A stretch of DNA of 63,686 nt, counting the filler, from an uncultured Clostridia bacterium (GTDB lineage: Bacteria > Aerophobota > Aerophobia > Aerophobales > B3-G15), in the NCBI GenBank assembly GCA_964482715.1. It is 3 parts of 3 records of this genome, joined end to end, with 100 filler letters (N's around TTAATTAATTAA, not from the genome) between each part and the next. Parts side by side here need not be neighbours in the genome. Positions count along the whole stretch, not along the records: positions 1 to 23,303 come from CAYZYX010000029.1; positions 23,404 to 46,621 come from CAYZYX010000030.1; 1 more part is not named here. One strand, 5' to 3'. The position numbers and the translations under genes were made by a program. Under the pieces are notes generated by a model. That model was not told where the DNA came from, made no database searches, and saw only the letters and a list, made by a program, of their open reading frames with translations. This document shows, piece after piece, positions 21,336 through 31,337 of this stretch; positions within the stretch are counted from its first letter, which is position 1; every line of letters starts with the position of its first letter.

Positions 21336-22319
21336 ATGAAAGCGCTTGCTCTTTTTTCTGGAGGACTGGATAGTATGTTAGCAGTTTGTTTAATTAAAGA
21401 GCAGGGAATTCAGGTAGAAGGTGTGTGTTTTGTTTCCCCCTTTTTTGGACCAGAAAAAGCAAAAGCTGCTGCTCAAAAATTAAATATCCCCCTTATCATC
21501 TCCGACATAGGAGAAGAACTTATCTCAATAGTCAAATTTCCTACCCATGGTTTTGGAAAAGGAGCTAATCCCTGTATAGACTGTCACATCTTAATGATAA
21601 AAAAGGCCGGCGATTTGCTCAAGGAAAGAGGAGCATCTTTTTTGATTACTGGAGAGGTTCTGGGAGAAAGACCGAAGTCACAGAGTAGATGGGCCCTTAA
21701 TCTGGTAGCGAATGAATCAGGATGGGGTGACTATCTGGTTCGACCCCTTACCGCCAAAAATCTACCACCCACTATCCCAGAAAAGAAAGGATGGATTAAT
21801 CGAGAAAAACTTCTTGATATAAAAGGGAGAACAAGAACTGCTCAAATTAAACTGGCCGAAAGGTTTGGCCTAACAGACTTTCCCTCTCCTGCGGGAGGAT
21901 GTCTTTTAACTGACCCTAATTTTTCTCGCAGAATTAAATACATATTGAAAAGAGGAAGGATCAGTCTCAGAGAAGTGGAACTTTTAAAGGTGGGAAGACA
22001 CTTTCATCTAAACTATCAGGCAAGAGTTGTTGTGGGAAGAAACCAGGAGGAAAATCGCAGAATAGAGAAACTGGCAACCCCGGGGGATTTTATTTTAAAA
22101 GCAAAGGGGGGTCCTGGACCTACAACACTTCTTTTTGGACTGATTGATGAAGAATCAATTTACAAAGCTGCCTCTATTACAGCAAGGTATAGTGATATTA
22201 AAGAAAAAACGATTGAGGTGGTATATTATCGAGTCCCCCAGGGTGAAAAGAGAAAAATACGGGTTATTCCCATGGAAGATTCCCTTATAGAAAATCTGCG
22301 GATAGAGGAGTGTGAATGA
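21336..22319 (+). CDS. PP-loop tRNA thiolation enzyme (ThiI/MnmA-like) with C-terminal DUF814/NFACT-R-like domain
   Basis: SGGLDS, NPCIDC, TGEVLGERPKSQ, PAGGCLLT, GRHF, GRNQEEN. Confidence 0.8.
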   Translation: MKALALFSGGLDSMLAVCLIKEQGIQVEGVCFVSPFFGPEKAKAAAQKLNIPLIISDIGEELISIVKFPTHGFGKGANPCIDCHILMIKKAGDLLKERGASFLITGEVLGERPKSQSRWALNLVANESGWGDYLVRPLTAKNLPPTIPEKKGWINREKLLDIKGRTRTAQIKLAERFGLTDFPSPAGGCLLTDPNFSRRIKYILKRGRISLREVELLKVGRHFHLNYQARVVVGRNQEENRRIEKLATPGDFILKAKGGPGPTTLLFGLIDEESIYKAASITARYSDIKEKTIEVVYYRVPQGEKRKIRVIPMEDSLIENLRIEECE

Positions 22320-23101
22320 GTTTATTTATCTTTGATCTGGACGGGGTTATTTATCGAGGAAATAGTCTTTTACCCGGAGTCAGGGAGACACTCTCTTCTC
22401 TTGAAGAGAGAGGAGAGAAAATATGTTTTCTCAGCAATAATTCAACCCTGAGTAAAAAGGGATACCTTAAGAAACTAAGTATGATGGGTTTAAAGGTTAG
22501 AGAGGAGCAACTTTTTCCTTCTTCCTATCTTTGTGCTCTTTATTTTAAAAATCTCCCGGACAGAACCTCGGGAAAGGTTATGATCATAGGAGAAAGAGGT
22601 CTTTTTGAGGAGCTAAAAAAAATCGGATTGAAAATCTCCTGGAATCCATCTGAAGTAAAATGGGTGGTGGTAGGACTGGATCGCAGATTTAACTTTCGTA
22701 AAATGTGCCTTGCCTATCAGGCAATATTAAAAGGAGCCAAATTCATAGCCACCAATACCGACATAACTTATCCTCTGGAAAACACCACCATACCCGCAGC
22801 AGGAGCTATTGTAAAAGCTATTGAAGTCTCCACTGGAAAGTCGCCTCTTGTTCTGGGGAAACCCCAGACTTTTGGATTAAAAATTGTGCTTGAAAAAACA
22901 GGTTATTTTCCTGAAAGCACCATACTGGTAGGGGATAGGCTGGAAACTGATATTTTAGCTGGAAATAAAATGGGAGTTCGGACAGTTCTAGTATTATCAG
23001 GTATAAGTTCTCTCGAGGAGGTCAAAAAGGCTCCACCCTGCTGCCAACCAAAACATATCATTTCTAATCTCTCCCAGCTTCTTTCTCTCAAGTTAAACTG
23101 A
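22316..23101 (+). CDS. HAD-IIA (NagD-like) phosphatase
   Basis: DLDGV, LSNN, TNxD, GKP, GDRLETD. Confidence 0.92.
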   Translation: MSLFIFDLDGVIYRGNSLLPGVRETLSSLEERGEKICFLSNNSTLSKKGYLKKLSMMGLKVREEQLFPSSYLCALYFKNLPDRTSGKVMIIGERGLFEELKKIGLKISWNPSEVKWVVVGLDRRFNFRKMCLAYQAILKGAKFIATNTDITYPLENTTIPAAGAIVKAIEVSTGKSPLVLGKPQTFGLKIVLEKTGYFPESTILVGDRLETDILAGNKMGVRTVLVLSGISSLEEVKKAPPCCQPKHIISNLSQLLSLKLN

Positions 23102-23221
23102 TTTACGAGTTCAAACTTAAGGCTCTCTTCCTACCAATCTGGAACAAAAAATACTCGATTTCAAGACCTGATCCCCCATCGAGTAACACTGGAACAGTTT
23201 TTACCTATACTTTTCTCTTTA

Positions 23222-23514
23222 GACTCCCGGGTATCTCAGGGTGAATTGAGGGAAAATATTTCCCGCTGGCATAGCTTCGCTCGCTGCTTTCTCGGGGCAA
23301 AAANNNNNNNNNNNNNNNNNNNNNNNNNNNNNNNNNNNNNNNNNNNNTTAATTAATTAANNNNNNNNNNNNNNNNNNNNNNNNNNNNNNNNNNNNNNNNN
23401 NNNCCTATTATTTTAGTGCAGCTCGGCCTCCGCTTTTTGTGGGTGCAAAAGTTTCTACTATGGCGAAGCTTTCTGCTCGCCAAAAAGAGGCTTCCTTTGA
23501 GATACCCGGGAGCC
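23222..23514. mobile_element. Ends of an IS/MITE whose interior lies in the assembly gap
   Basis: 17-bp terminal inverted repeats (GACTCCCGGGTATCTCA 23222-23238; TGAGATACCCGGGAGCC 23498-23514, 16/17 match) flanked by TTTA direct repeats (23218-23221, 23515-23518). Confidence 0.8.
23304..23403. other. Assembly gap with artificial six-frame-stop linker
   Basis: 44 N + TTAATTAATTAA + 44 N. Confidence 0.97.
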
Positions 23515-23648
23515 TTTATCTTCATGAAAAAAGTGTCCCAATTTCAGGAAAAAGCAAGTTGACTTTCCGGATAGTTTTTGTAAATTAAGAACAATGATAA
23601 GCTTATTCTAAAAGCAAGGAGAAAATTTTAAGAGGGAGATATGGAAAG

Positions 23649-24251
23649 ATGAAATCATATCGCCTTTATGCTGAATTTGTGAAGGGTTTATGGCGCCAAA
23701 ATCCGGTTTTTTTTCAGCTTCTGGGGATGTGCCCTACTCTGGCAGTGACTAATTCAGCTATAAATGGTCTTTCTATGGGTCTTGCCGTGATTTTTGTTCT
23801 GGTGTGTTCAGGAATTGTTATTTCTATATTTAGAAATTTTATTCCTTCTGAGGTCAGGATTGCAACTTTTACTATAATTATTGCCAGTTTTGTAACTGTA
23901 ATTGATTTTGTTTTTAAAGCCCAACTTCCCGAGATAAGTAAGGCACTTGGTCCTTATGTTCCTTTGATTGTGGTTAACTGTATAATTCTGGGAAGACAAG
24001 AGGCTTTCACTTCAAAGAATCCCTTATTACCCTCAATTGCCGATACTCTGGGAATGGGAATAGGTTTCACTTTAGCCCTGGTTATTTTGGGGAGCATAAG
24101 AGAGCTTTTCGGTTCCGGATCGATCTTTGGCTATCAAATCCTGGGAAATTATTTCCGACCCTGGGTAATTATGATCCTTCCTCCTGGTGCTTTTTTGACT
24201 CTCGGGGTTCTTATTGGCACTATTAATAAATTCTCTCCTGTGAGAAGTTAG
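23649..24251 (+). CDS. rnfE: Rnf/Rsx electron transport complex subunit E (orphan)
   Basis: NPVFFQLLGMCPTLAVT, PLIVVNCIILGR, PPGAF. Confidence 0.92.
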   Translation: MKSYRLYAEFVKGLWRQNPVFFQLLGMCPTLAVTNSAINGLSMGLAVIFVLVCSGIVISIFRNFIPSEVRIATFTIIIASFVTVIDFVFKAQLPEISKALGPYVPLIVVNCIILGRQEAFTSKNPLLPSIADTLGMGIGFTLALVILGSIRELFGSGSIFGYQILGNYFRPWVIMILPPGAFLTLGVLIGTINKFSPVRS

Positions 24252-24255
24252 GGCA

Positions 24256-24702
24256 ATGCTAGTTAACAAAAGGGCAAGACACGAATATCAAATTTTAGAG
24301 ACTTACGAGGCTGGTATTGTTTTAAAGGGAAGTGAAGTAAAATCAATACGTGAAGGAAGGGTAAGTTTTACCGACAGTTTTGTCCGAATAAAAGATGGAG
24401 AAATGTGGCTTTGTAACTTGCATATAGCTCCCTATTCTTCCACACATGAAAGTTATGATCCCAAGAGAGAAAGGAAACTTCTCCTTCACAAAAAGGAAAT
24501 CAAGAGATTAACCGGGATGTTATCCCAAAAGGGCTTGACATTAATACCATTACGTATATACTTTAGAAAAAGTCTTGCCAAAGTTGAAGTTGGACTGGCT
24601 AAAGGAAGGAAGAAATACGATAAAAGAGAGAAACTCAAACGGGAATACGTGGACAAAGAGGTAAGGAGAGTTTTAAAAGGAAGGGAGAAGTTTAATATTT
24701 GA
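24256..24702 (+). CDS. smpB: SsrA-binding protein
   Basis: NKRARHEY, EAGIVLKGSEVKSIR, RKLLLHK, GRKKYDKRE. Confidence 0.98.
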   Translation: MLVNKRARHEYQILETYEAGIVLKGSEVKSIREGRVSFTDSFVRIKDGEMWLCNLHIAPYSSTHESYDPKRERKLLLHKKEIKRLTGMLSQKGLTLIPLRIYFRKSLAKVEVGLAKGRKKYDKREKLKREYVDKEVRRVLKGREKFNI

Positions 24703-24709
24703 TCTTTGT

Positions 24710-25062
24710 GGGGGTGATAAGGTTTCGACAGGGATAGAGAAAATCAGAATTGCACACCAAGGTCCGGATTCCTTGTAAAACTATCCGGAAAAAACTAAGC
24801 GCCAACGAAAGCTTAGCTTTAGCTGCATAAGAAGCAGCTAACGCCAGCTACTTTCGTCCTGCGAAGTAGCCCAGGTGTCAGAAAGCAGGACTTTTCCTTG
24901 CTTTTTGCAGAGTGAAGCAAGGAGAAAAATAACTCTGCTAACCCATCTTCTATCCTGCCTGTCGGAGAGATGATGGGTGATAAAACAGAAGACAGGCTAA
25001 GTGTGTAGAAGTTCTGATTTTCTCATTTCTGGACGAGGGTTCGATTCCCTCCACCTCCACCA
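24710..25062 (+). ncRNA. ssrA: tmRNA; tag peptide ANESLALAA* (24801-24830)
   Basis: 5' GGGGGTGATAAGGTTTCGAC and 3' GAGGGTTCGATTCCCTCCACCTCCACCA with a G-U in the acceptor stem; tag ORF ends in ALAA; directly after smpB. Confidence 0.96.
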
Positions 25063-25107
25063 TTTCCTTCCGAAAAAAGAGTTCCTTCCCTAAAAGTGGT
25101 ATAAGTA

Positions 25108-25893
25108 ATGAAGGTAAAAATAATTGTTTGTGGTGCTCGAGGGAGAATGGGAAGGGAAGTTATTTCTCTTATTCAAGCAGAAGAGGATTGGGAATTAGTA
25201 GGTGCTATCGAATCTCCTGATCATCCTGAAATAGGGAAGGAGATCAGAAGTGGTTTGAAGATTACCCCCAGTCTTGAAGAAGTCATTGATAAAGATCGCA
25301 TTGTAATAGAATTTACAACACCAGAGGCGACCATAGAACACCTGAAAATAGCAAAACAAAACAAATCAGGTATGGTTATCGGAACTACAGGATTTAAAGA
25401 TTTTCAGCTGAAAGAAATAGAAGAGGCTGCACAGAGTATCCCCATTCTGCTTTCTCCTAATATGAGCCTGGGGATAAATCTTTTTTTTGCACTGGTTAAA
25501 GAAATAGCACGGATTCTTAAAGATTTTGATAAGGAAGTGATAGAAATGCACCATCGACTAAAACAAGATGCACCAAGTGGGACGGCTCTCAAAATTGCTG
25601 AAATCTTAGCCGAAGTGGAAAGTAAAGAGCTTTCCCAAATTGCTGTTTACGGAAGGAAAGGCTTAACTGGAAAGCGAAAGCAAGAAGAGATAGGAATTCA
25701 TTCGCTAAGAGGGGGGACAGTGGTAGGTGAACATACAGTTATATTTGCGGGAGAAAATGAAAGACTCCAAATTACTCACATAGCCGAATCAAGAAGAATT
25801 TTTGCTCGGGGTGCTCTTGCTGGTGCAAAATTCATTGCCCAAAAAAATAAAGGTTTATACGATTTACAGGATGTTTTGGGGATTAAAAGATGA
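25108..25893 (+). CDS. dapB: 4-hydroxy-tetrahydrodipicolinate reductase
   Basis: GARGRMG, IGTTG, PNMSLG, EMHHRLKQDAPSGTA. Confidence 0.97.
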   Translation: MKVKIIVCGARGRMGREVISLIQAEEDWELVGAIESPDHPEIGKEIRSGLKITPSLEEVIDKDRIVIEFTTPEATIEHLKIAKQNKSGMVIGTTGFKDFQLKEIEEAAQSIPILLSPNMSLGINLFFALVKEIARILKDFDKEVIEMHHRLKQDAPSGTALKIAEILAEVESKELSQIAVYGRKGLTGKRKQEEIGIHSLRGGTVVGEHTVIFAGENERLQITHIAESRRIFARGALAGAKFIAQKNKGLYDLQDVLGIKR

Positions 25894-27062
25894 ACTCCCA
25901 ACATTGTGTTAAAGCCAGGCGCTTGAGTTTACTCCCCCCTTATCTTTTTGCCCAATTGGATGAGGCGAAGAAAAGGTTAATGAAAGAAGGGAAAGATCTT
26001 ATAGACCTCGGTGTGGGAGATCCAGATATTCCTACTCCTCCTCCTATCATTGAAAAATTGGTTGAAGCTGCTAAAAATCCTTGTAATCATCGTTATCCGT
26101 CATACGAAGGACTTTTTGCCTTTCGACAGGAAGTGAGCCGATGGTATTTAGACCGATTTGGGGTGCAACTGGATCCTGAGAGAGAAGTTTTGACCTTAAT
26201 TGGTTCTAAGGAAGGCATATTTCATCTTAGTCTGGGCTTACTGGATGAAGGCGACTTGGCATTGGTGCCTGAGCCAGCATATCCTGTTTATCAGGCTGGG
26301 GCAATTTTTGCCGGTGCAAAGCTTCATTATTTATCCCTTACTGAGGAAAATTTTTTTTTACCATTGCTGGCAGATATTGACCCCGAAATTGCTTCTCGGG
26401 CAAAACTGATGTGGATTAATTATCCCAACAATCCAACAGCAGCAACAGCTGATTTGAATTTTTTTAAACAAATAGTTGAATTTGCCCAAAAATTTAATAT
26501 TATTATCTGTCACGATCTTGCTTATTCTGAGCTTTCTTTTGATGATTACCGTGCTCCCAGTTTATTACAGATAGAAGGTGCCAAGGAAATAGCCATAGAG
26601 TTTCATTCTCTGTCTAAAAGTTTTAACATGACAGGATGGAGGATTGGTTTTGCAGTAGGAAATGAAAAAATCATCAAAACTCTGAGAGAGGTAAAAACTA
26701 ACGTAGATTCCGGGGTTTTTCAAGCTGTGCAGGAGGCCGGGATTGAAGCCTTGAAACTGGGGGATAGTTTGATTTCCGATATTCGGAAAATATACTGTCG
26801 CCGCAGAAACGTTATGGTGGAAGGTTTGAAAAAACTTGGCTGGAAGGTTCTCCCGCCCAAGGCCACCTTTTATCTATGGATAAAAATTCCCCAGAATAAG
26901 TTCTCTTCCATTGATTTTGCAAATTTACTCTTAAATGAAAGCGGTGTAGTTGTAACTCCTGGTGTTGGATTTGGACCATCAGGCGAGGGTTATATAAGAA
27001 TGGCTCTTACTGTAGATGAAGAAAGTTTAAAAGAGGCTTTGAATCGCTTAGAAAAAATTTAA
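25890..27062 (+). CDS. dapL: LL-diaminopimelate aminotransferase
   Basis: LPPYLFA, GVGDPD, GSKEG, NYPNNPT, SLSKSFNMTGWRIG; follows dapB. Confidence 0.85.
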   Translation: MNSQHCVKARRLSLLPPYLFAQLDEAKKRLMKEGKDLIDLGVGDPDIPTPPPIIEKLVEAAKNPCNHRYPSYEGLFAFRQEVSRWYLDRFGVQLDPEREVLTLIGSKEGIFHLSLGLLDEGDLALVPEPAYPVYQAGAIFAGAKLHYLSLTEENFFLPLLADIDPEIASRAKLMWINYPNNPTAATADLNFFKQIVEFAQKFNIIICHDLAYSELSFDDYRAPSLLQIEGAKEIAIEFHSLSKSFNMTGWRIGFAVGNEKIIKTLREVKTNVDSGVFQAVQEAGIEALKLGDSLISDIRKIYCRRRNVMVEGLKKLGWKVLPPKATFYLWIKIPQNKFSSIDFANLLLNESGVVVTPGVGFGPSGEGYIRMALTVDEESLKEALNRLEKI

Positions 27063-27076
27063 ATCGAGGGATAGAA

Positions 27077-27793
27077 ATGCCAAGATTGTCAGTAAATATA
27101 GACCATGTAGCTACACTGCGACAGGCAAGACGGGCTGACGTTCCAGATCCCGTGGCCGCAGCTTGTCTGGTAGAGCTTGCCGGGGCAGATGGTATTACAG
27201 TTCACCTGAGAGAGGATCGTCGACATATCCAGGAAAGAGATGTTGAAATCTTAAGACAAGTCATTAAGACAAAGTTAAATCTGGAGATGGGGCTATCTGA
27301 CTTTGTTGTTAAATTTGCCCTCAAAGTTCGTCCCGATTTAGCTACTTTAGTTCCGGAAAAAAAAGAAGAGGTTACGACTGAAGGAGGTTTAGATCTTTCC
27401 AGATCTACAGATCGACTTTCTGAAGTAATTTCTCTTTTACATGAGGCGGGTATAGTGGTTTCTCTGTTCATAAATCCTACTCCTAACAGTGTTAGAAAAG
27501 CCCATAAATTAAAAGCGGATTTTATTGAACTTCATACAGGGCTGTATGCTGAAGCAAAAACTCCAGCAGAAGCTGCTACCGAACTGGAGAAAATTGCTGG
27601 TGCAGCTATGTTAGCCAAAAAATTAGAACTGGGAGTTAATGCCGGCCATGGATTAAATTATCAAAATGTACGTGAAGTTGCAGCAATTAAAGAAATAGAT
27701 GAGCTGAGTATTGGTCACGCTATTGTGGCCAGAGCCTGCCTGGTGGGGATACAGCAGGCTGTAAGAGATATGCTTAAGCTCATAGGAAGATGA
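27077..27793 (+). CDS. pdxJ: Pyridoxine 5'-phosphate synthase
   Basis: VNIDHVATLRQAR, HLREDRRHI, TTEGG, ELHTG, NAGHGL. Confidence 0.98.
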   Translation: MPRLSVNIDHVATLRQARRADVPDPVAAACLVELAGADGITVHLREDRRHIQERDVEILRQVIKTKLNLEMGLSDFVVKFALKVRPDLATLVPEKKEEVTTEGGLDLSRSTDRLSEVISLLHEAGIVVSLFINPTPNSVRKAHKLKADFIELHTGLYAEAKTPAEAATELEKIAGAAMLAKKLELGVNAGHGLNYQNVREVAAIKEIDELSIGHAIVARACLVGIQQAVRDMLKLIGR

Positions 27794-28155
27794 TAAGGGG
27801 AGTGGGAATAGATATCGTTGAGATAGAGAGAATAAAAAAAATGCTTCACAAATGGGGTAAGGCTTTAGAAAAGCATATCTTGACCCAGGAAGAAATAAAA
27901 GTGGGGGAGAAAAGACAAGAGAAGGCGATTTTCCTGGCGGGAAGGATTGCCGCCAAAGAAGCTATCTTTAAGTCTCTGGGGGTTAGTCCCCGCTGGCAGG
28001 AAGTTCAAATTTTACCAGATGAAGATGGTGTACCTTTAGTGACTTTCTCCTCAAAGTTTTATAGAGAGCTTCAAAGTAAAGGGGTAAATAAAGTGGTGGT
28101 GAGCATTTCTCACTCTAAGAGCTTTGCCATAGCTCAAGCATTGGCTTTGAAATAG
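27790..28155 (+). CDS. acpS: Holo-[acyl-carrier-protein] synthase
   Basis: GIDIVEIERI, AAKEAIFKS, SISH. Confidence 0.95.
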   Translation: MIRGVGIDIVEIERIKKMLHKWGKALEKHILTQEEIKVGEKRQEKAIFLAGRIAAKEAIFKSLGVSPRWQEVQILPDEDGVPLVTFSSKFYRELQSKGVNKVVVSISHSKSFAIAQALALK

Positions 28156-28223
28156 TCATTCCCAGTAAAGCATTCCGGTCATTCTTCAACGAAGAGCACA
28201 CAAAAATAGATAAAGATAAATCC

Positions 28224-29786
28224 ATGAAGTTACTTACCTCAAAAGAGATGCAGTTTTTAGACAGAATAACCATTGAGAAGGTGGGAATATCTGGAATTGT
28301 TTTGATGGAAAATGCCGGAAAAGCGGTAGCCGATTTCATTACCGAAAGGTGGCCACCTTCTGCTAAAGTTTACATATTCTGTGGTCCCGGCAATAACGGC
28401 GGGGATGGATTGGTAGTGGCAAGACACCTTTTTAACAGAAGATACCAGGTAAAAGTTTTTATGGGAGTGGACAAAGAAAAAATAAAAGGTGATGCTGCTA
28501 CAAATTACCAGATTGCTTGCAATATGGGTGTTAATATAAAGCATGTATCCTCTCTTTCTGAATTGCCCTTTCCTCAAGAGTCAACGGGGGAGAGAAAGCC
28601 AATTATAGTTGATGCTCTTCTAGGCACAGGCGCCAAAGGGTCTCCTCGCGGTATAATAAAAGAAATGGTTAATGTTATTAACAGATGCCGGGCAATCAAA
28701 ATTGCAGTAGATATTCCAACAGGAGTAGATGCTGATACGGGAGAAGTAGCAGGCGAGGCTGTTAAAGTTAACTACACTATTACCTTTGCTTATCCTAAGA
28801 GAGGGGTTTATCTTTATCCTGGTATAGACTTTTCTGGAGAAGTCAAAGTTGTAGATATTGGTATCCCAAAAGACATTATAGAAAAGGAAAAAATTGACAT
28901 ACGAGTAGAACTTCTTTCTTCTGAGAATTTTTCTCCTGAAATCTTCTACCGCAGACCTTCCTCTCATAAGGGTGAATTTGGACATCTTCTTGTTCTTGCT
29001 GGATCCGCTGGAATGACTGGAGCAGCTGCATTAGCTTGCATGGCAGCACTTCGAATTGGGACGGGATTAGTTACACTGGGAATTCCAGAGAGTCTCAATC
29101 CCGTTATGGAGATTAAACTAACCGAAGCTATGACTTTACCTCTACCCGAGACGAAAGAAAAAACCTTCTCCCTGAAAGCTATGGAGCAAATTGAAAGCTT
29201 CCAGAAGAGATGTCAAGCTCTTGTAGTTGGCCCCGGTCTTTCTCGCAACTCCGAGTCCCAGGAACTGGTCCGGGAGATATTACGAAGGTTTGAGATTCCT
29301 CTTGTTTTGGATGCAGATGGAATAAACGCAATTCAAGGAAAGACAGAGATTATAGCCTCTTACCAGGGTCCACTGGTAATTACACCTCACCCGGGTGAGA
29401 TGGCTCGCCTTGTGGGCATTTCTGTAGCTGAAGTTCAAAGAGATCGAATAAAAGCAGCCTTAAATCTTTCTAAAAATACAGGAAAAGTAGTTGTGTTGAA
29501 AGGAGCAGGAACTGTGATTGCTGAACCTGAGGGTAAATGCTGGGTAAATACTACCGGTAACCCTGGAATGGCAAGTGGAGGAGCAGGAGATGTCCTGACA
29601 GGAACAATAGGAGGGTTTTTAGCTCAAAGAATGGATGTTCTTATGGCAGCCAAACTTGGAGTTTACCTTCACGGCTTAGCAGGAGATTTGGCAATGAAGA
29701 CAAAAGGACAAAGTTGCCTTCTCGCTACTGATATAATAGAAAATTTACCCTTTGCTATAAGGAGTTTAAAAAATGGATATTGCTGA
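28224..29786 (+). CDS. nnr: Bifunctional NAD(P)HX epimerase/dehydratase
   Basis: [40 protein letters not shown]. Confidence 0.96.
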   Translation: MKLLTSKEMQFLDRITIEKVGISGIVLMENAGKAVADFITERWPPSAKVYIFCGPGNNGGDGLVVARHLFNRRYQVKVFMGVDKEKIKGDAATNYQIACNMGVNIKHVSSLSELPFPQESTGERKPIIVDALLGTGAKGSPRGIIKEMVNVINRCRAIKIAVDIPTGVDADTGEVAGEAVKVNYTITFAYPKRGVYLYPGIDFSGEVKVVDIGIPKDIIEKEKIDIRVELLSSENFSPEIFYRRPSSHKGEFGHLLVLAGSAGMTGAAALACMAALRIGTGLVTLGIPESLNPVMEIKLTEAMTLPLPETKEKTFSLKAMEQIESFQKRCQALVVGPGLSRNSESQELVREILRRFEIPLVLDADGINAIQGKTEIIASYQGPLVITPHPGEMARLVGISVAEVQRDRIKAALNLSKNTGKVVVLKGAGTVIAEPEGKCWVNTTGNPGMASGGAGDVLTGTIGGFLAQRMDVLMAAKLGVYLHGLAGDLAMKTKGQSCLLATDIIENLPFAIRSLKNGYC

Positions 29787-31035
29787 ACTTCAAAGAAAAA
29801 GTATTGTGGAGCTACACCAAGAAGCGGCCAAGAGAAATATAAACGACTACAAACATCTTAAAAAACAGGACCTGATTTTCAAAATTATTCAAAATGAGAT
29901 CGATCAACAAAAGGTTGTTTACGGTTCGGGTGTTTTAGATATACTTCCGGAAGGATATGGATTCTTACGGAGTAACTATCTGTCTGGCCCTGATGACATT
30001 TATGTTTCACCATCCCAGATTAAAAAGTTCGGTCTTAGAGAAGGCGATTTTGTAAGTGGTCAGATAAGGCCACCCAAAGAAAATGAAAATTACTTTGCAC
30101 TCCTGAAAGTGGAAAAAGTTAATGGTGATGACCCTGAAAAAGCGAGGAACAGGACAGTTTTTGAAAATCTTACCCCTCTTTATCCTTACGAAAGAATAAA
30201 ACTTGAAACTGTCAACGGTGATATTTCTACGAGACTCATTGACCTTATCGCTCCCATTGGTAAGGGTCAAAGAGGCTTAATTGTTGCTCCTCCCAAAACA
30301 GGGAAAACTATTCTGCTTCAAAAAATTGCTAACTCTATAACCAAAAATCATCCTGAAATTGAGCTGGTCGTGCTTTTAATAGATGAACGCCCAGAAGAGG
30401 TTACCGATATGCAACGTTCAGTAAAAGGGGAAGTAGTTTATTCAACTTTCGATGAGCCAGCCAAAAATCAGATTAAAGTAGCTGAACTTGTTATTGAAAA
30501 AGCAAAAAGGTTAGTAGAGCAGGGAAAAGATGTGGTTATTTTATTGGATAGCATTACAAGGTTAGCCCGTGCTTACAATTTGTTAATGCCTACAAGCGGT
30601 AAAGTCTTATCAGGAGGGATTGACGCAAATACTTTACATCACCCGAAGAGATTTTTTGGTGCGGCAAGAAAGGTTGAAGAAGGGGGAAGTTTAACCATTC
30701 TGGCAACTGCACTGGTAGAAACCGGAAGTAAAATGGATGAAGTTATTTTTGAAGAATTCAAGGGAACAGGAAATATGGAACTCAGACTGTCCAGAGAACT
30801 GGCTGAGCGACGAATTTTCCCCGCTATTGATATAAATCGGTCAGGAACAAGGAGAGAAGAACTGCTTCTAAGTGAAAAGGAATTAAAGGCAATTTGGGCT
30901 TTGAGAGATTACCTTAATCGTCAAAATGTAAAGGAACCTATTGAGGCAATAATTGAAGTTATGAAAAAGACAGAAAATAACCAGCAGTTTCTTGAGATTA
31001 TCTCTCATATTGAAAAAGATCTTACAAGTGGGTAA
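29773..31035 (+). CDS. rho: Transcription termination factor Rho
   Basis: [48 protein letters not shown]. Confidence 0.98.
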   Translation: MDIAELQRKSIVELHQEAAKRNINDYKHLKKQDLIFKIIQNEIDQQKVVYGSGVLDILPEGYGFLRSNYLSGPDDIYVSPSQIKKFGLREGDFVSGQIRPPKENENYFALLKVEKVNGDDPEKARNRTVFENLTPLYPYERIKLETVNGDISTRLIDLIAPIGKGQRGLIVAPPKTGKTILLQKIANSITKNHPEIELVVLLIDERPEEVTDMQRSVKGEVVYSTFDEPAKNQIKVAELVIEKAKRLVEQGKDVVILLDSITRLARAYNLLMPTSGKVLSGGIDANTLHHPKRFFGAARKVEEGGSLTILATALVETGSKMDEVIFEEFKGTGNMELRLSRELAERRIFPAIDINRSGTRREELLLSEKELKAIWALRDYLNRQNVKEPIEAIIEVMKKTENNQQFLEIISHIEKDLTSG

Positions 31036-31073
31036 AATATTATTGGTATAGAAATAAAAAGGGGGTAAAAAAT

Positions 31074-31280
31074 ATGAAAAAAGGAATTCATCCGGAATAC
31101 AAGGAGACAATTGTAAAATGTGTTTGCGGAGCAGAGTTCAAAACAAGATCCACTAAACAAAATATCCACGTAGAAATATGTTCTCGCTGTCATCCTTTTT
31201 TCCTTGGAGTTGATCAACAAAAACTGATAGACACTGGAGGGCGGATAGAGAGATTCCGAAAGAAATATGGACAGAAGTAA
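31074..31280 (+). CDS. rpmE: 50S ribosomal protein L31 (zinc-binding type)
   Basis: MKKGIHP, CxC...CxxCHPF, GRIERF. Confidence 0.97.
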   Translation: MKKGIHPEYKETIVKCVCGAEFKTRSTKQNIHVEICSRCHPFFLGVDQQKLIDTGGRIERFRKKYGQK

Positions 31281-31294
31281 ATTTTTCTTCTGAA

Positions 31295-31337
31295 AAGAAT
31301 AAGAAAAGGGGACCTCAGGCCCCCTTTTCTTATTCTT
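31295..31337. terminator. Bidirectional intrinsic terminator between rpmE and the LysM gene
   Basis: AAGAATAAGAAAAGGGG...CCCCTTTTCTTATTCTT inverted repeat. Confidence 0.85.

Noticed and set aside
23159-23177. TTTCAAGACCTGATCCCCC, reminiscent of REP-like CAAGACCTGACCCC motifs
   Set aside because: Single imperfect copy, with no partner inverted repeat or RAYT transposase in the window.
23348-23359. Palindrome TTAATTAATTAA, repeated at 46666-46677
   Set aside because: Centred in N runs with identical 44-12-44 layout; an artificial six-frame-stop linker, not biological.
23641-23652. Mini-ORF ATG GAA AGA TGA overlapping the rnfE start
   Set aside because: Three codons arise easily by chance, and the SD can serve the rnfE ATG directly.
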